Numbered from the stretch's first letter, positions 10,232-19,645 are shown. The stretch is 64,000 nt of DNA from an uncultured Solirubrobacterales bacterium (GCA_963775475.1 CAVZIP010000002.1:25609-89608), one strand, 5' to 3'. Notes: generated by a model not told the origin, from the letters alone. Program-made: numbers and translations.

Positions 10232-11603
10232 CTATGCCCCCGTCGTCTCGGCCTGCTGTGCCAGCGGCGGCAGCGACTCGACCCAGCGGCGGCCGTTGGC
10301 CCGCTCCAGCGCCTCCGCCGCGTCGAGCAGCAGCTCGTCGCGGCCCCAGGCGGCCTGCAGCTGCAGGCCGATCGGCAGCCCCTCCGAGAGCCCGACCGGG
10401 ACGCTGATGGCGGGGATGCCGGTGAGGTTGGCGAGGCCGGCGCCGCGCACGTTGGCCGCGTCGGCGGTGAGCGTGCCGGAGGGCAGCTCGACCAGCGGCG
10501 CCTCCAGCGGTGGCGCCACCGCTGGGACGGTCGGCCAGGCGATCGCGTCGACTTCCTCGAAGGCGGCTGCGAGGCGGTGGCGCATCAGCGTCCGCACTCG
10601 CTGCGCCTTCATGCTCGCGGCCGCGGGCAGCAGCATCCGGTACTTGGCGAAGCCGCGCGCGATCGGGCTCAGCTCGGGATCGAGCTTGGCCAGGCGGCTG
10701 GGGCTGAGCTCCGCCGAGGCTCTCGGTGTTGGCGATCAGCACCGTCGCCAGCGCCGCCGGCTCGATGTCGGCCAGCTCGATCTCCCGCACCTCGCCGCCG
10801 GTCTCGGCTCGCAGGGCCTCGACCGCCTCCTCGCAGGCCGCGCGCACGTCGGCGGCGACGTCCTCGGAGACGCTGTCGCGAACGACGCCGATTCGCAGGC
10901 CGGGCGCCTCGCCCGCCTCCAGGGTCGCGCCGAACAGCGCCCCGCCCAGCAGGCGGCAGTCGGCGGCGTCGGCGCAGAGCGGCCCGGAGACGATCGTGGT
11001 CGAGACGTCTGCCATGTGGTGGCCGTCCATCGCTGCGCGGCCGAAGGTCGGCTTCAGCCCGGTCAGGCCGCAGTAGGCGGCGGGGAAGCGGATCGAGCCG
11101 ATCCCGTCGGCGCCGACCGCGCCGGCGACGAGGCGGGCGGCCACCGCGGCGCCCGGCCCGCTCGAGGAGCCGCCCGGGCAGCGCTCGGTCTGCCAGGGAT
11201 TGCGGGCGGGGCCGTAGACCGAGATGTTGCCGGTGCTGCTGGCCCCGAGCTCGTGCATGTTGGCGACGCCGACGATCATCGCACCGGCGTCGCGCAGGGC
11301 GCGGTAGGGGCCGGACTCGCCGGGGGCGGTGGGCATCAGCATTTCGGCGGCGCCGAAGCGCTGCGCCCGCCAGGGCAGCGGCCACTCGTCCTTGATCACG
11401 ACCGGAACCCCGTGCAGCGGCCCCGGCGGCGCCTCGTCGAGCATCTGCCGCGAGCGCTCCGGGAAGGTCTCGACGACGGCGTTGATCGCGGGATTGCGCT
11501 GGCCGATCCGCTCCAGCGCCTCCTCCAGCAGCTCGGCCGGGTCCGCCTCGCCGGCCGCGATCGCCGCGGCCTGGCCGCGCAGCGTCAGATCGAGCGCGCT
11601 CAC
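10232..11603 (-). pseudogene. amidase-signature family amidase (GatA/AtzE-like), +1 frameshift near 10707-10716
   Basis: GTG start at 11603. Catalytic Lys context VVIKDEW and AS signature GGSSSGPGAAVA...GSIRFPAAYCG. After ...IANTESLG the homology continues in the 10232..10636 frame (ELSPSRLAKLDPELSPIARGFAKYRMLLPAA...GIPAISVPVG...). Length 1372 nt. Confidence 0.85.
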
Positions 11604-11800
11604 GATGCCGGCGGTCGGGAGAGGTCGGGGGCCAGCTCGGGGGTGACGCCGCCGGTGTCGAGGTCGAAGAGATCGAGGATCGCCGGCCAGAACAGCTCGT
11701 GCGCGGCGCCCATCACCGCCAGCTCGATCTCGTCGGCCTCGATCCCCAGGGAGGCGAGACCGGCGGGAATGAATTCGTCTGCACGGTTCGAGGCCTCCAT
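11600..11800 (-). CDS. small 66-aa protein, possible AtzG/GatC-like amidase accessory subunit
   Basis: MEASNRADEFIPAGLASLGIEADEIELAVMGAAHELFWPAILDLFDLDTGGVTPELAPDLSRPPAS. Its stop overlaps the amidase GTG (GTGA). Size and position resemble the small partners of AtzE/GatA-type amidases (inference). Confidence 0.5.
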   Translation of the reverse strand: MEASNRADEFIPAGLASLGIEADEIELAVMGAAHELFWPAILDLFDLDTGGVTPELAPDLSRPPAS

Positions 11801-11930
11801 CTGGGCTGGCAACCCTACAGAGCCCGAATGGCCGGGATCGTGCAAAGCGGCCGACTCAGCGCCATTCCGCGCGCCGGAAAGGCAGAATCCTGGCGCAACC
11901 GGGGTCTTTGGCCCGTGTTTGCGTGAATCA

Positions 11931-12692
11931 ATGCCCGTAGCCGAGAAGAAAAGCCGCGACGGTCGCGCCTGGGCGCTGCTTGCCGCCGCCTGCCTGCTGG
12001 CCGGGCTGGTCGCGGTCATCGCCCCCGGCCAGGCCGACTCGGCGCCGCTGCGGGTCGTCGTCCTCGGCCAGACCGCGGAAACCCCGCCGGCCTCCTGCCC
12101 GGGCAAAATCGTCAACAACGTCGAGATCACCCCCTGCCGGGTCGAGGGCCACGTGACCGGCTTCCAGGCGATCGCCGACGGCATCGCCCGCCCCTACGAG
12201 GCGCCGTTCGACGGCAAGATCGTCGCCTGGTCGATCACCCTGGCCAAGCCCTCGACCGTGGAAACGCCGACCACCTCCAACGAGGTCGGCTTCTTCGACG
12301 AATTCCTCGGCCGCCCCTCGCAGGCCCGGATCGGCGTCCTGCGCCCGGTCGAGGAATCGAAACCGCCCAAATACACGCTCGTCCGCCAGAGCCCGCTCGA
12401 GGTCCTCAACCCCTACTTCGGCACCACCCCGATCTTCGCCCTCGACCACCCCCTGACCGTCCTCAAAGGCCAGGTCGTGGCGCTGACGATCCCCACCTGG
12501 GCCCCGATGTTCGCCTTCAACGTCGACGCCGACAACACCTGGCGCGGCAGCCGCCTGCCCGAGCACTGCGCCTCCAAGGAAGACATCCAGACCGGGAATC
12601 CCCAACAGGGGGTCGGCAAAACCAAGACCTACGGCTGCTACTACTCCAACGCGCGGCTGCTCTACACGGCGACCCTGGTCAAAAAGCCGTAG
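11931..12692 (+). CDS. secreted hypothetical protein
   Basis: 253 aa. N-terminal signal-like segment RAWALLAAACLLAGLVAVIAPGQADSA. Good GC3 bias. No recognisable domain. Confidence 0.7.
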   Translation: MPVAEKKSRDGRAWALLAAACLLAGLVAVIAPGQADSAPLRVVVLGQTAETPPASCPGKIVNNVEITPCRVEGHVTGFQAIADGIARPYEAPFDGKIVAWSITLAKPSTVETPTTSNEVGFFDEFLGRPSQARIGVLRPVEESKPPKYTLVRQSPLEVLNPYFGTTPIFALDHPLTVLKGQVVALTIPTWAPMFAFNVDADNTWRGSRLPEHCASKEDIQTGNPQQGVGKTKTYGCYYSNARLLYTATLVKKP

Positions 12693-12767
12693 TCCGTCTT
12701 TCCCTCGTGACGCACGCTTGACGTTCGACGCACCACGCGTGCGCCTTATCTCGCCAGCATCGAGGTC

Positions 12768-13028
12768 GTGGCGGTGTTTGCTGCGCTCCCTATCTTGATT
12801 CTGGCCTCTGCTCTACCGCAGGTGGAAGACCCGATCCCCGACAGAATCGGACTTCAGCTTCCGTTCGCGATTGCCGGTGCAGGCGGCGTACTCGGCAGCG
12901 TGATCTGCGCTACCTCACCGGCTGCGAGACGAGAGTGGGCGATGAGAATAGGTGGACTGATCGGGTTCGGGCTGGGGACCGTCCTCTACTTGCTGGCGCT
13001 GATGGTTCAGCTATCATCGGGCCGATGA
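12768..13028 (+). CDS. small hypothetical membrane protein
   Basis: 86 aa with hydrophobic segments, in a visibly lower-GC stretch. No homology recognised. Confidence 0.4.
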   Translation: MAVFAALPILILASALPQVEDPIPDRIGLQLPFAIAGAGGVLGSVICATSPAARREWAMRIGGLIGFGLGTVLYLLALMVQLSSGR

Positions 13029-13202
13029 AATCTTTTGTCCGAGATAGGCGAAGGGACTGGTGGCTCCCCGTCGCGATTGGGGTCACCGCCACTTTGGTCG
13101 TTCTGGCGGCGGCGATCAATGAACTGATCTATCTGCCTTTTGTTTTGTTTCTCGCGATCGAGTTCGCCAGACAGCGACTGCGACAGGCGACCAGAGGCAA
13201 GC

Positions 13203-13468
13203 CTAAAGAGCGCTCTGACGCAGCCCGCAGTAGGGGCAATCGGACTGACGTCCAGCCCGATCAGTTGGTCGCAGCGGCGGCAGGCGCGGAGGTTCTCCGG
13301 TGCGCGGGGGAGGGACGAGGCGGAGGGGGCGAGCGGGAGGACCATCGCCACCGGCTCCATCTCCTCGCCGGTCTCGCGGTCGACGTAGACCTGGCCGGGC
13401 TCGGCGGGGGCGATCGCCTCGCGGCCGGAGGCCGGGGCGCGCATCCGGTAGAGCTGACGCTCGTTCAT
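13203..13468 (-). pseudogene. small zinc-ribbon protein, apparent 1-nt deficit near 13240-13255
   Basis: A good-GC3 frame gives MNERQLYRMRAPASGREAIAPAEPGQVYVDRETGEEMEPV...ENLRACRRCDQLIGLDV. The second half of a CxxC...CxxC ribbon (QSDCPYCGLRQSAL-stop) lies in the adjacent frame. Length 266 nt. Confidence 0.45.
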
Positions 13469-13500
13469 CGCCGCGAAGACTAATAGCTTGGGCGGCAGCG

Positions 13501-14945
13501 ATGCGCGTCCTCATCTTCCACGGCTACATGCTGCGCGGCACCGGCAGCAACATCTACAACGTCAACCTGGCCCGGGCGCTGGCCCGGCTCGGCCACGAGG
13601 TCCACCTCCTCTGCCAGGACCGCCAGGTGCGAATCGAGGGGGTCGAGGTCCACAACCCCGACATCCACGGCCTGCTTGCCGGTCTACGTCAAGGACCCCT
13701 ACGAGGGCTTCGAGGTCAAGGCCTTCCCGGAGCTGACCGAGGCCGAGCTCGACCGCTACATCGAGGCCAACGTGGCCGCGGTCCGCGACGTCGCCGCCGC
13801 GGCGGGCGGGATCGACGCCGCCCTCGCCAACCACCTGGTGATGGGGCCGGCGATCCTCGCCCGCGCCGAGGTCGGCCCCTTCGCCGCCAAGATCCACGGC
13901 TCGGCGCTGGAGTACACGGTCAAACCGCACCCCCGCTTCCTTCCTTACGCCTACGAGGGAATGGAGGCGGCCACCGGAGTCCTGGTCGGCTCCAGCCACA
14001 CCGCCGAGTCCCTCTGGGCCGCCCTGCCAAACCTTCCACAGCTCAAGGAGAAGACGCGCTTGGGGCCGCCTGGCGTCGATGTCGAAGAGTTCAGTCCAGA
14101 CGGTCCCACCCGCGGGTGGCGCGGGGGCGGGGGTCCCCCGCGGCGCGGAGGATGCGGAGCATCCGAGCACCGTGGGGGAGGCCCCCGCGACAGGACCCGC
14201 GGTCGGAACGGTCGGTCCCTCGTCGTCTTCGTCGGCAAGTTGATCGTCTCCAAGGGGGTCGATCTGCTGCTGGCCGCCTGGCCGCTGGTGCGGGCGGCCC
14301 ATCCCGCGGTTCGTCTCCAGGTCGCCGGCTTCGGCGAGTACGAGGAGGCGCTGCGGCGGTTGCTGGCGGCGCTCGAACGGGGAGACCTGGGAGAGGCCCG
14401 TGAGATCGCGCGCCGCGGCTGGGCGCTGGAGGGCGGCGAGGAGAAGCCGCTGCCGATCCTCTCGGCCTTCCTGGCCGACCCCCCCGAGGGGTACGCCGAC
14501 GCCGCCCGCGCCATGACCGGCTCGGTCGAGCTGATCGGCCGGCTCGAGCACGACGAGGTTGCGACCCTGATGACGCGAGCGGAGGCGGTGGTGATGCCGA
14601 GCACCTTCCCGGAGGCGTTCGGCATGGTCGCGGTCGAGGCCGCGGCCTGCGGCGCGTTGCCGGTCTCGGCCGGGCACTCGGGGATGCTCGAGGTCTCCCG
14701 CCAGCTCGCCGACTGCGCTGCCGGCGGAGACCGGCCGCCTGACCTCTTTCACGGTCGAGCCCGGTGCCGTCGAGGCGATCGCCGACCGCCTCGACGGCTG
14801 GCTGCGGCTGTCGCCGCCGGAGCGCGAAGCGGCTCGCCGGACCCTGGTCGAGACCGTCGGCAGGCTCTGGAGCTGGGAGGGAGTGGCCCGCGGCGTCCTC
14901 GCCGCTTCCGCCGGAGAGCTGGGGGATCTGCCGCGCCCGGCCTAG
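13501..14945 (+). pseudogene. glycosyltransferase family 4, two +1 frameshifts (near 13673-13678 and 14711-14716)
   Basis: Homology runs across three frames. MRVLIFHGYMLRGTGSNIYNVNLARALARLGHEVHLLCQD...DIHGLL is followed by PVYVKDPYEGFEV...VVFVGKLIVSKGVDLLL...STFPEAFGMVAVEAAACGALPV...EVSRQLAD, then ALPAETGRLTSFTVEPGAVEAIADRLDGWL...WSWEGVARGVLAAS, ending at TAG 14943-14945. Confidence 0.8.
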
Positions 14946-15012
14946 CAAGTGCGAAGCGTCACCTGGGGCGGAAAACCTCCCGCCGCCGCTTCAATAGAAT
15001 GCCCGCCGCCTC

Positions 15013-15801
15013 ATGTACGGCCGCCTCCCGATAGCGAAGATGCTCGCCGCCACGGCTGCGGGCACCGCGATTATTTCCGCCGTGATGATCCCGATCAACT
15101 GGGACGGCCAGCAGGCTTCGACGGCGGCGCCGAAGATCGACAACCTGCTCAACGTGATGATCGTCCTCTCCGCCTTCGTCTTCTCGCTGGTGATGGTGAT
15201 GCTCTTCTACGCGCTGTGGAAATTCAAAGCCAAGCCGGGCGACGAATCGGACGGCGAGCCGATCCACGGCAACACCCGGCTCGAGGTCGCCTGGACGCTG
15301 ATCCCGACGATCATCGTGCTCTTCGCCGGCGGCTACAGCTGGAAGGTGCTGGACGACATCGAAGAGCCGGCCAAGAACCCGCTGACCGTCTCCGTCTTCT
15401 CCCAGCAGTTCGCCTGGAGCTTCGCCTACCCGGGCAAAGGCTACGTCTGGAGCGAAGGCGAGCTGCACGTCCCCGTCGACCGCCAGGTCCACTTCAAGCT
15501 GCACGCCCTGGACGTGATCCACTCCTTCTGGGTCCCCGAGTGGCGGATCAAGAAAGACAACGTGCCGGGCATCACGACGACGGCGATCGTCACCCCGGAC
15601 AAGGTCGGCACCTACCAGCTCATCTGCACCGAGCTCTGCGGCTTCGGGCACTCTTCGATGCGGGCCAAAGTCGTCGTCGAGTCCCCGGCCGACTTCAACG
15701 AATGGGTCGCCGGCCTGGAGCAGAAAGTGCCGGCGCCGCTGATGGAAGTGGTTGCCGACGAGGAGAGCGACCCCACCCCCGTTGGCGCGGGCGGGGCATA
15801 G
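15013..15801 (+). CDS. ctaC: cytochrome c oxidase subunit II
   Basis: Two N-terminal TM helices, and a cupredoxin domain with the intact CuA motif DVIHSFWVPE...CTELCGFGHSSM. Confidence 0.9.
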   Translation: MYGRLPIAKMLAATAAGTAIISAVMIPINWDGQQASTAAPKIDNLLNVMIVLSAFVFSLVMVMLFYALWKFKAKPGDESDGEPIHGNTRLEVAWTLIPTIIVLFAGGYSWKVLDDIEEPAKNPLTVSVFSQQFAWSFAYPGKGYVWSEGELHVPVDRQVHFKLHALDVIHSFWVPEWRIKKDNVPGITTTAIVTPDKVGTYQLICTELCGFGHSSMRAKVVVESPADFNEWVAGLEQKVPAPLMEVVADEESDPTPVGAGGA

Positions 15802-15820
15802 GCATAATGGAGAGGATCGA

Positions 15821-17725
15821 ATGACGGCTGCGATCAAGCGACCGGGATGGATTCGAGGCGCGCTTGGCGCCCTCGCCGCTGGGGCATTCGGCTTTGGCCT
15901 GGTGATCGCGTTGCGGGCGATTTCCGACCTGCCGCTCTACCAGACCGAGCAGACCGGCTACCCGCATGTGGTCGTGCCGCTGATCCTCGCTCCGCTCGGC
16001 TTCCTCGCCGGCTTCGGCTGCTTCGACTACTGGCTGCGCTGGGCGATCGGCGCGCCGACGATCCCCGAGGACCACTCCCAGCACGGGGCGACGAGCTGGA
16101 AGGACTACTTCCGCTTCAACACCGATCACAAGGTGATCGGGATCCAGTACATCGTCACCACCTTCTTCTTCTTCTTCGTCGGCGGCCTGATGGCGATGCT
16201 GATCCGGGCCGAGCTGGCCCAGCCGGGCACCCAGATCGTCGACGCCGCCACCTACAACAGCCTCTTCTCCACCCACGCGGTGCTGATGATCTTCGTCTTC
16301 GTGATCCCGGTCTTCGCCGGCATCGCCAACTACGTGCTGCCGCTGATGATCGGCGCCCCGGACATGGCGTTCCCGCGCCTCAACGCGCTCAGCTTCTGGA
16401 TGCTGCCGCTGGCCGGGCTGATGTTCATCGGCAGCTTCCTGGCCCCCGGCGGCGCCTTCGACGCCGGCTGGACCGGCTACGCGCCGCTTTCCACCGGCGC
16501 CCCGTTAGGGCAGTCCTTCTTCAACCTCGGCGTCCAGTTCGCGGGCGCCTCCTCGATCGCGACCGCGCTCAACTTCCTGGTCACGATCATCACCATGCGT
16601 GCGCCCGGAATGACCTTCTGGCGGATGCCGCTGCTGGTCTGGGCGAACCTCTCGACCTCGCTGCTGGTCGTCGCCGCGACCCCGTTCATCGCCGGCGTCC
16701 AGTTCATGGTCCTCTTCGACCGCGTCCTCCACACCAACTTCTTCGACTTCGCGGCCGGCGGCGACGTCATCAGCTACCAGCACATCTTCTGGTTCTACTC
16801 GCACCCAGCCGTCTACATCATGATGCTGCCCGGCTTCGGGATCATCAGCGAGGTCATCTCGACCCACGCCCGCAAGCCGATCTTCGGCTACCGCTTGATG
16901 GCGCTGGCGCTGATCGGGATCGTCGTCCTCAGCTACTCGGTCTGGGCCCACCACATGTTCGTCGCCGGCATGTTCAGCTGGCTGCGGGTGCCGATGATGA
17001 TCACGACGCTGCTGATCGCGGTGCCGACCGGGATCAAGATCTTCTCCTGGCTGGGCACGCTCTACTTCGGCAAGATCCACACGTATTCGACGGCGATGCT
17101 GTTTGCGCTCGCCTTCATCGTCACCTTCACGATCGGCGGCATCAGCGGCGTCATGCTGGGCATGGTGCCGATCGACATCCACGTCTCCGACACCTACTTC
17201 ATCGTCGCCCACATCCACTTCGTCCTCTTCGGCGGCTCCGTCTTCACGATCTTCGCCGGGATCTACCACTGGTTCCCGAAGATGACCGGGCGCATGTACG
17301 ACGAGAAACTGGGCCGGGTCCACTTCTGGGGCACGCTGCTCGGCACCTGGGGCACCTTCGTCCCGATGCACTGGGTCGGCATGGACGGGATGCCGCGCCG
17401 CGTCGCCGACTACGCGACCCAGTTCGGCGAGTGGAACCTCTTGATCAGCGTCTTCGCCTTCATGCTCGGCGCCGCCCAGCTGGTCTTCCTCTACAACATG
17501 GTCGTCAGCTGGCGCTTCGGGCCGCGCGCCGAGGCCAACCCGTGGCGCGCCAACTCGATCGAGTGGCAGGTCTCCTCGCCGCCGCCGATCTTCAACTTCC
17601 CCGAGATCCCCCGCGTGGTCGGCGGTCCCTACGAGTTCGGCGTTCCCGGCGCCAAACACGCGATCATGCCCGGCGAAGGGGCCGAGGTGCCGGCGAAAGA
17701 GCCGAGCGTGGTGGGCTCGCCATGA
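15821..17725 (+). CDS. ctaD: cytochrome c oxidase subunit I (canonical)
   Basis: ATG at 15821 follows GGAGAGGA. All canonical ligand contexts are present: STHAVLMIF, WFYSHPAVYIMMLPGFG, WAHHMF, VAHIHFVLFGG. Confidence 0.95.
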   Translation: MTAAIKRPGWIRGALGALAAGAFGFGLVIALRAISDLPLYQTEQTGYPHVVVPLILAPLGFLAGFGCFDYWLRWAIGAPTIPEDHSQHGATSWKDYFRFNTDHKVIGIQYIVTTFFFFFVGGLMAMLIRAELAQPGTQIVDAATYNSLFSTHAVLMIFVFVIPVFAGIANYVLPLMIGAPDMAFPRLNALSFWMLPLAGLMFIGSFLAPGGAFDAGWTGYAPLSTGAPLGQSFFNLGVQFAGASSIATALNFLVTIITMRAPGMTFWRMPLLVWANLSTSLLVVAATPFIAGVQFMVLFDRVLHTNFFDFAAGGDVISYQHIFWFYSHPAVYIMMLPGFGIISEVISTHARKPIFGYRLMALALIGIVVLSYSVWAHHMFVAGMFSWLRVPMMITTLLIAVPTGIKIFSWLGTLYFGKIHTYSTAMLFALAFIVTFTIGGISGVMLGMVPIDIHVSDTYFIVAHIHFVLFGGSVFTIFAGIYHWFPKMTGRMYDEKLGRVHFWGTLLGTWGTFVPMHWVGMDGMPRRVADYATQFGEWNLLISVFAFMLGAAQLVFLYNMVVSWRFGPRAEANPWRANSIEWQVSSPPPIFNFPEIPRVVGGPYEFGVPGAKHAIMPGEGAEVPAKEPSVVGSP

Positions 17726-18598
17726 GCGAGGCGGATGAGGGCCGGCCGCTGCTGGTCTTCCTCAACGAGGTCGCCGGCGGCCGCAAGCTGCTGCAGGCGG
17801 TGCGCGAGCGCCAGGACGAGGTCTCCGGCGTGGTCGTCGCGGCGCCACAGAACGAGCCCGCCGTCGGCCAGCTGATCGACCCCGGCGAGCTGCGCGACGC
17901 CGCCCGCGCCCGGGTCGAGGTGACGATGGCGGTGCTGGCCGAGTTCGGCATCGACTCGGTCGGCGAGGTCTTGGACCCGGAGCCCTGCGCTGGCGCTCGA
18001 CGACGCCGTCCGCGCCCACGAGCCCGGCGAGGTGCTGCTGTCCTGCCTCTACGACACCCGCTTCGGCCTCACCCGCAAAGACCTGGTCGAGTGGGCGAAG
18101 GCGCAGCTCGAGCCCGACACGGAGGTGACCCACATCCCGGTCCGGATCGAAGACGACGCGATCCGCTGGGACGTGATCCACACCCTGGTCGTCGCGACTC
18201 AGACCGTCGCCACCCCCGACCTCGTCGAACGCCTGAGGGAGCGAGCCGCCGCCCGTCCCCACCGCTACACGATCATCTGCCCCCGCGCCGACGACGTCAG
18301 CGAGGCGGAGATCGTCCGCGACCTCGCCGCGACCCTGGCCGAGCTCTACAAGGCCGATATCGACGCGACCGGCCAGCCGATGAGCCCCGATCCCTTCCAG
18401 GCCGTGAAGAACGCGATCGAGCACTACCGGATCGACGAGGTCCTGATCTCGACCTTCGCCGGCGAGGACTCGCGCTGGCTCGAGGAGGACCTGATCGGCC
18501 GGGTGCGCGAGATCACCGAGAAGCAGGTCGAGCACATCGAGGTCGGCCGCCCGGCGGCCGCTGTCGCCGCCGCCGTGGCCGAGGGAGGGGAGGCCTGA
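17722..18598 (+). pseudogene. tandem USP-like (adenine nucleotide alpha-hydrolase-like) domain protein embedded in the cta operon, +1 frameshift near 17984-17988
   Basis: The ATG overlaps the ctaD stop (ATGA) and the stop overlaps the ctaE ATG. The first half, MSEADEGRPLLVFLNEVAGGRKLLQAV...GEVLDPEP, continues in the 18032 frame as ALALDDAVRAHEPGEVLLSCLYDTRFG.... The second half repeats the same pattern (IHTLVVATQTVATPDLVERL...IDEVLISTFAGEDSRWL). Length 877 nt. Confidence 0.65.
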
Positions 18599-19224
18599 TG
18601 GAGAGCGCTACCGTCGCCCTCGGGCACGCCGAAGAGCACGACCACCACGGCCCTCCGGAGGCCAACGAGAGCTCGCGCATCGACAAACAGACGCTGGGGA
18701 TCCTGCTCTTCATCGTCTCCGAGGTGATGCTGTTCGGCGCCTTCTTCGCTTCCTATTTCTTCCTCCGCGTCGTCGTCGCCCCCGAGAGCTGGCCCCCCGA
18801 CCCCTACGAGCTTCCGGTCGCCGTCGCCGGGATCAACACGGCGATCCTCGTCTCCTCCAGCTTCACGATCCACTACGCCCTGGAGTCGATCCGCCGCGGC
18901 AACCACGCCGGCCTCAAAATCGGCCTGTTCCTGACCTGGCTGCTGGGAGCGACCTTCCTCTTCATCCAGGTCAACGAGTACGTGCATATCGGCTTCAGCG
19001 CCCGTGACCTCGGCTTCGGCTCGATCTTCTACAGCCTCACCGGACTGCACGGAGCCCACGTCTTCGTCGGCCTGCTGCTGCTCACCTTCGCGACGATCCG
19101 CGCCTTCCGCGGGCACTTCGGCCCGGCGGCCAAGGACCACCTCGGTGTCGAGGTGCCGGGGATCTACTGGCACTTCGTCGACATTATGTGGATCATCGTC
19201 TACGTCACGGTGTACATCCTTTAG
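18598..19224 (+). CDS. ctaE: cytochrome c oxidase subunit III
   Basis: 208 aa, ...FIVSEVMLFGAFFASYF...YSLTGLHGAHVFVGLLLL...YWHFVDIMWIIVYVTVYIL, a typical subunit III. Confidence 0.9.
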   Translation: MESATVALGHAEEHDHHGPPEANESSRIDKQTLGILLFIVSEVMLFGAFFASYFFLRVVVAPESWPPDPYELPVAVAGINTAILVSSSFTIHYALESIRRGNHAGLKIGLFLTWLLGATFLFIQVNEYVHIGFSARDLGFGSIFYSLTGLHGAHVFVGLLLLTFATIRAFRGHFGPAAKDHLGVEVPGIYWHFVDIMWIIVYVTVYIL

Positions 19225-19375
19225 GCGCGGACGCTGCAAACCGGCGCATCTCGGCGTCCTCGGTCGCTGAGGCGGCTGCAAATCGGCGTCTGGGGGTGTC
19301 CTCGGTCGTTCCCCTTCGGGTCACGCACTGGAGTGCGTTCCCCTCGTCTCACTCCCTGCGTCCTACCCAGACTTG
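19225..19375. repeat. intergenic repeat element, copy A (internal about 40-bp duplication plus hairpin-containing tail)
   Basis: Two tandem units contain GCTGCAAA(C/T)CGGCG...GTCCTCGGTCG. The tail is GGGTCACGCACTGGAGTGCGTTCCCCTCGTCTCACTCCCTGCGTCCTACCCAGACT. The tail and unit 2 recur at 40541-40631, and unit 1 recurs at 42672-42703. Confidence 0.55.
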
Positions 19376-19405
19376 ATTTTCGCCGCCTCAGTACGCTGGC
19401 CCGGA

Positions 19406-19588
19406 ATGAAGATCTCGGAGGCGGCGGTTTTCAGGTGGGTCGTGATCGTCGGGGTCGCGGCCGCTTCGATCATCGTGCTGACTCTGCTGACCCGCCCGCT
19501 GGTTGGGGCGATCTGGGGGCTGGTGCTCGTGATCGCCGCTGGCTGGCACGGCTATCGCTGGGCTGCGCGCAAGCGGCGCGGAAGTTGA
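19406..19588 (+). CDS. small hypothetical two-TM membrane protein
   Basis: MKISEAAVFRWVVIVGVAAASIIVLTLLTRPLVGAIWGLVLVIAAGWHGYRWAARKRRGS, hydrophobic with a basic tail. No homology recognised. Confidence 0.4.
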   Translation: MKISEAAVFRWVVIVGVAAASIIVLTLLTRPLVGAIWGLVLVIAAGWHGYRWAARKRRGS

Positions 19589-19645
19589 TCCAGAGACGTA
19601 ACCCACGCAGACAACTCATTACACCTGTCGCGGTAATCTGCCACC

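Noticed and set aside
6381-11603. 1740-aa ORF on the minus strand, which looks like a giant protein.
   Set aside because: It is a chimera produced by the scarcity of stop codons in GC-rich DNA. Only its first about 300 codons (amidase), a short middle stretch (permease N-terminus) and its last about 410 codons (glycoside hydrolase) read as real protein. The rest is Arg/Pro/Gly-rich off-frame translation of the ABC genes.
13025-13483. Plus-strand ORF starting MKSFVRDRRRDWW..., as a 150-aa protein.
   Set aside because: Only the first about 55 codons look like a membrane protein. The remainder is Gly/Arg-rich antisense of the zinc-ribbon gene, and no credible stop could be assigned. It is mentioned only in a finding.
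15847-19224. 1125-aa plus-strand ORF spanning ctaD to ctaE.
   Set aside because: It is an off-frame read-through of ctaD (Arg/Pro/Leu-rich nonsense). It happens to be in the same frame as the N-terminus of the USP-like gene and as ctaE, so it is not a single gene.
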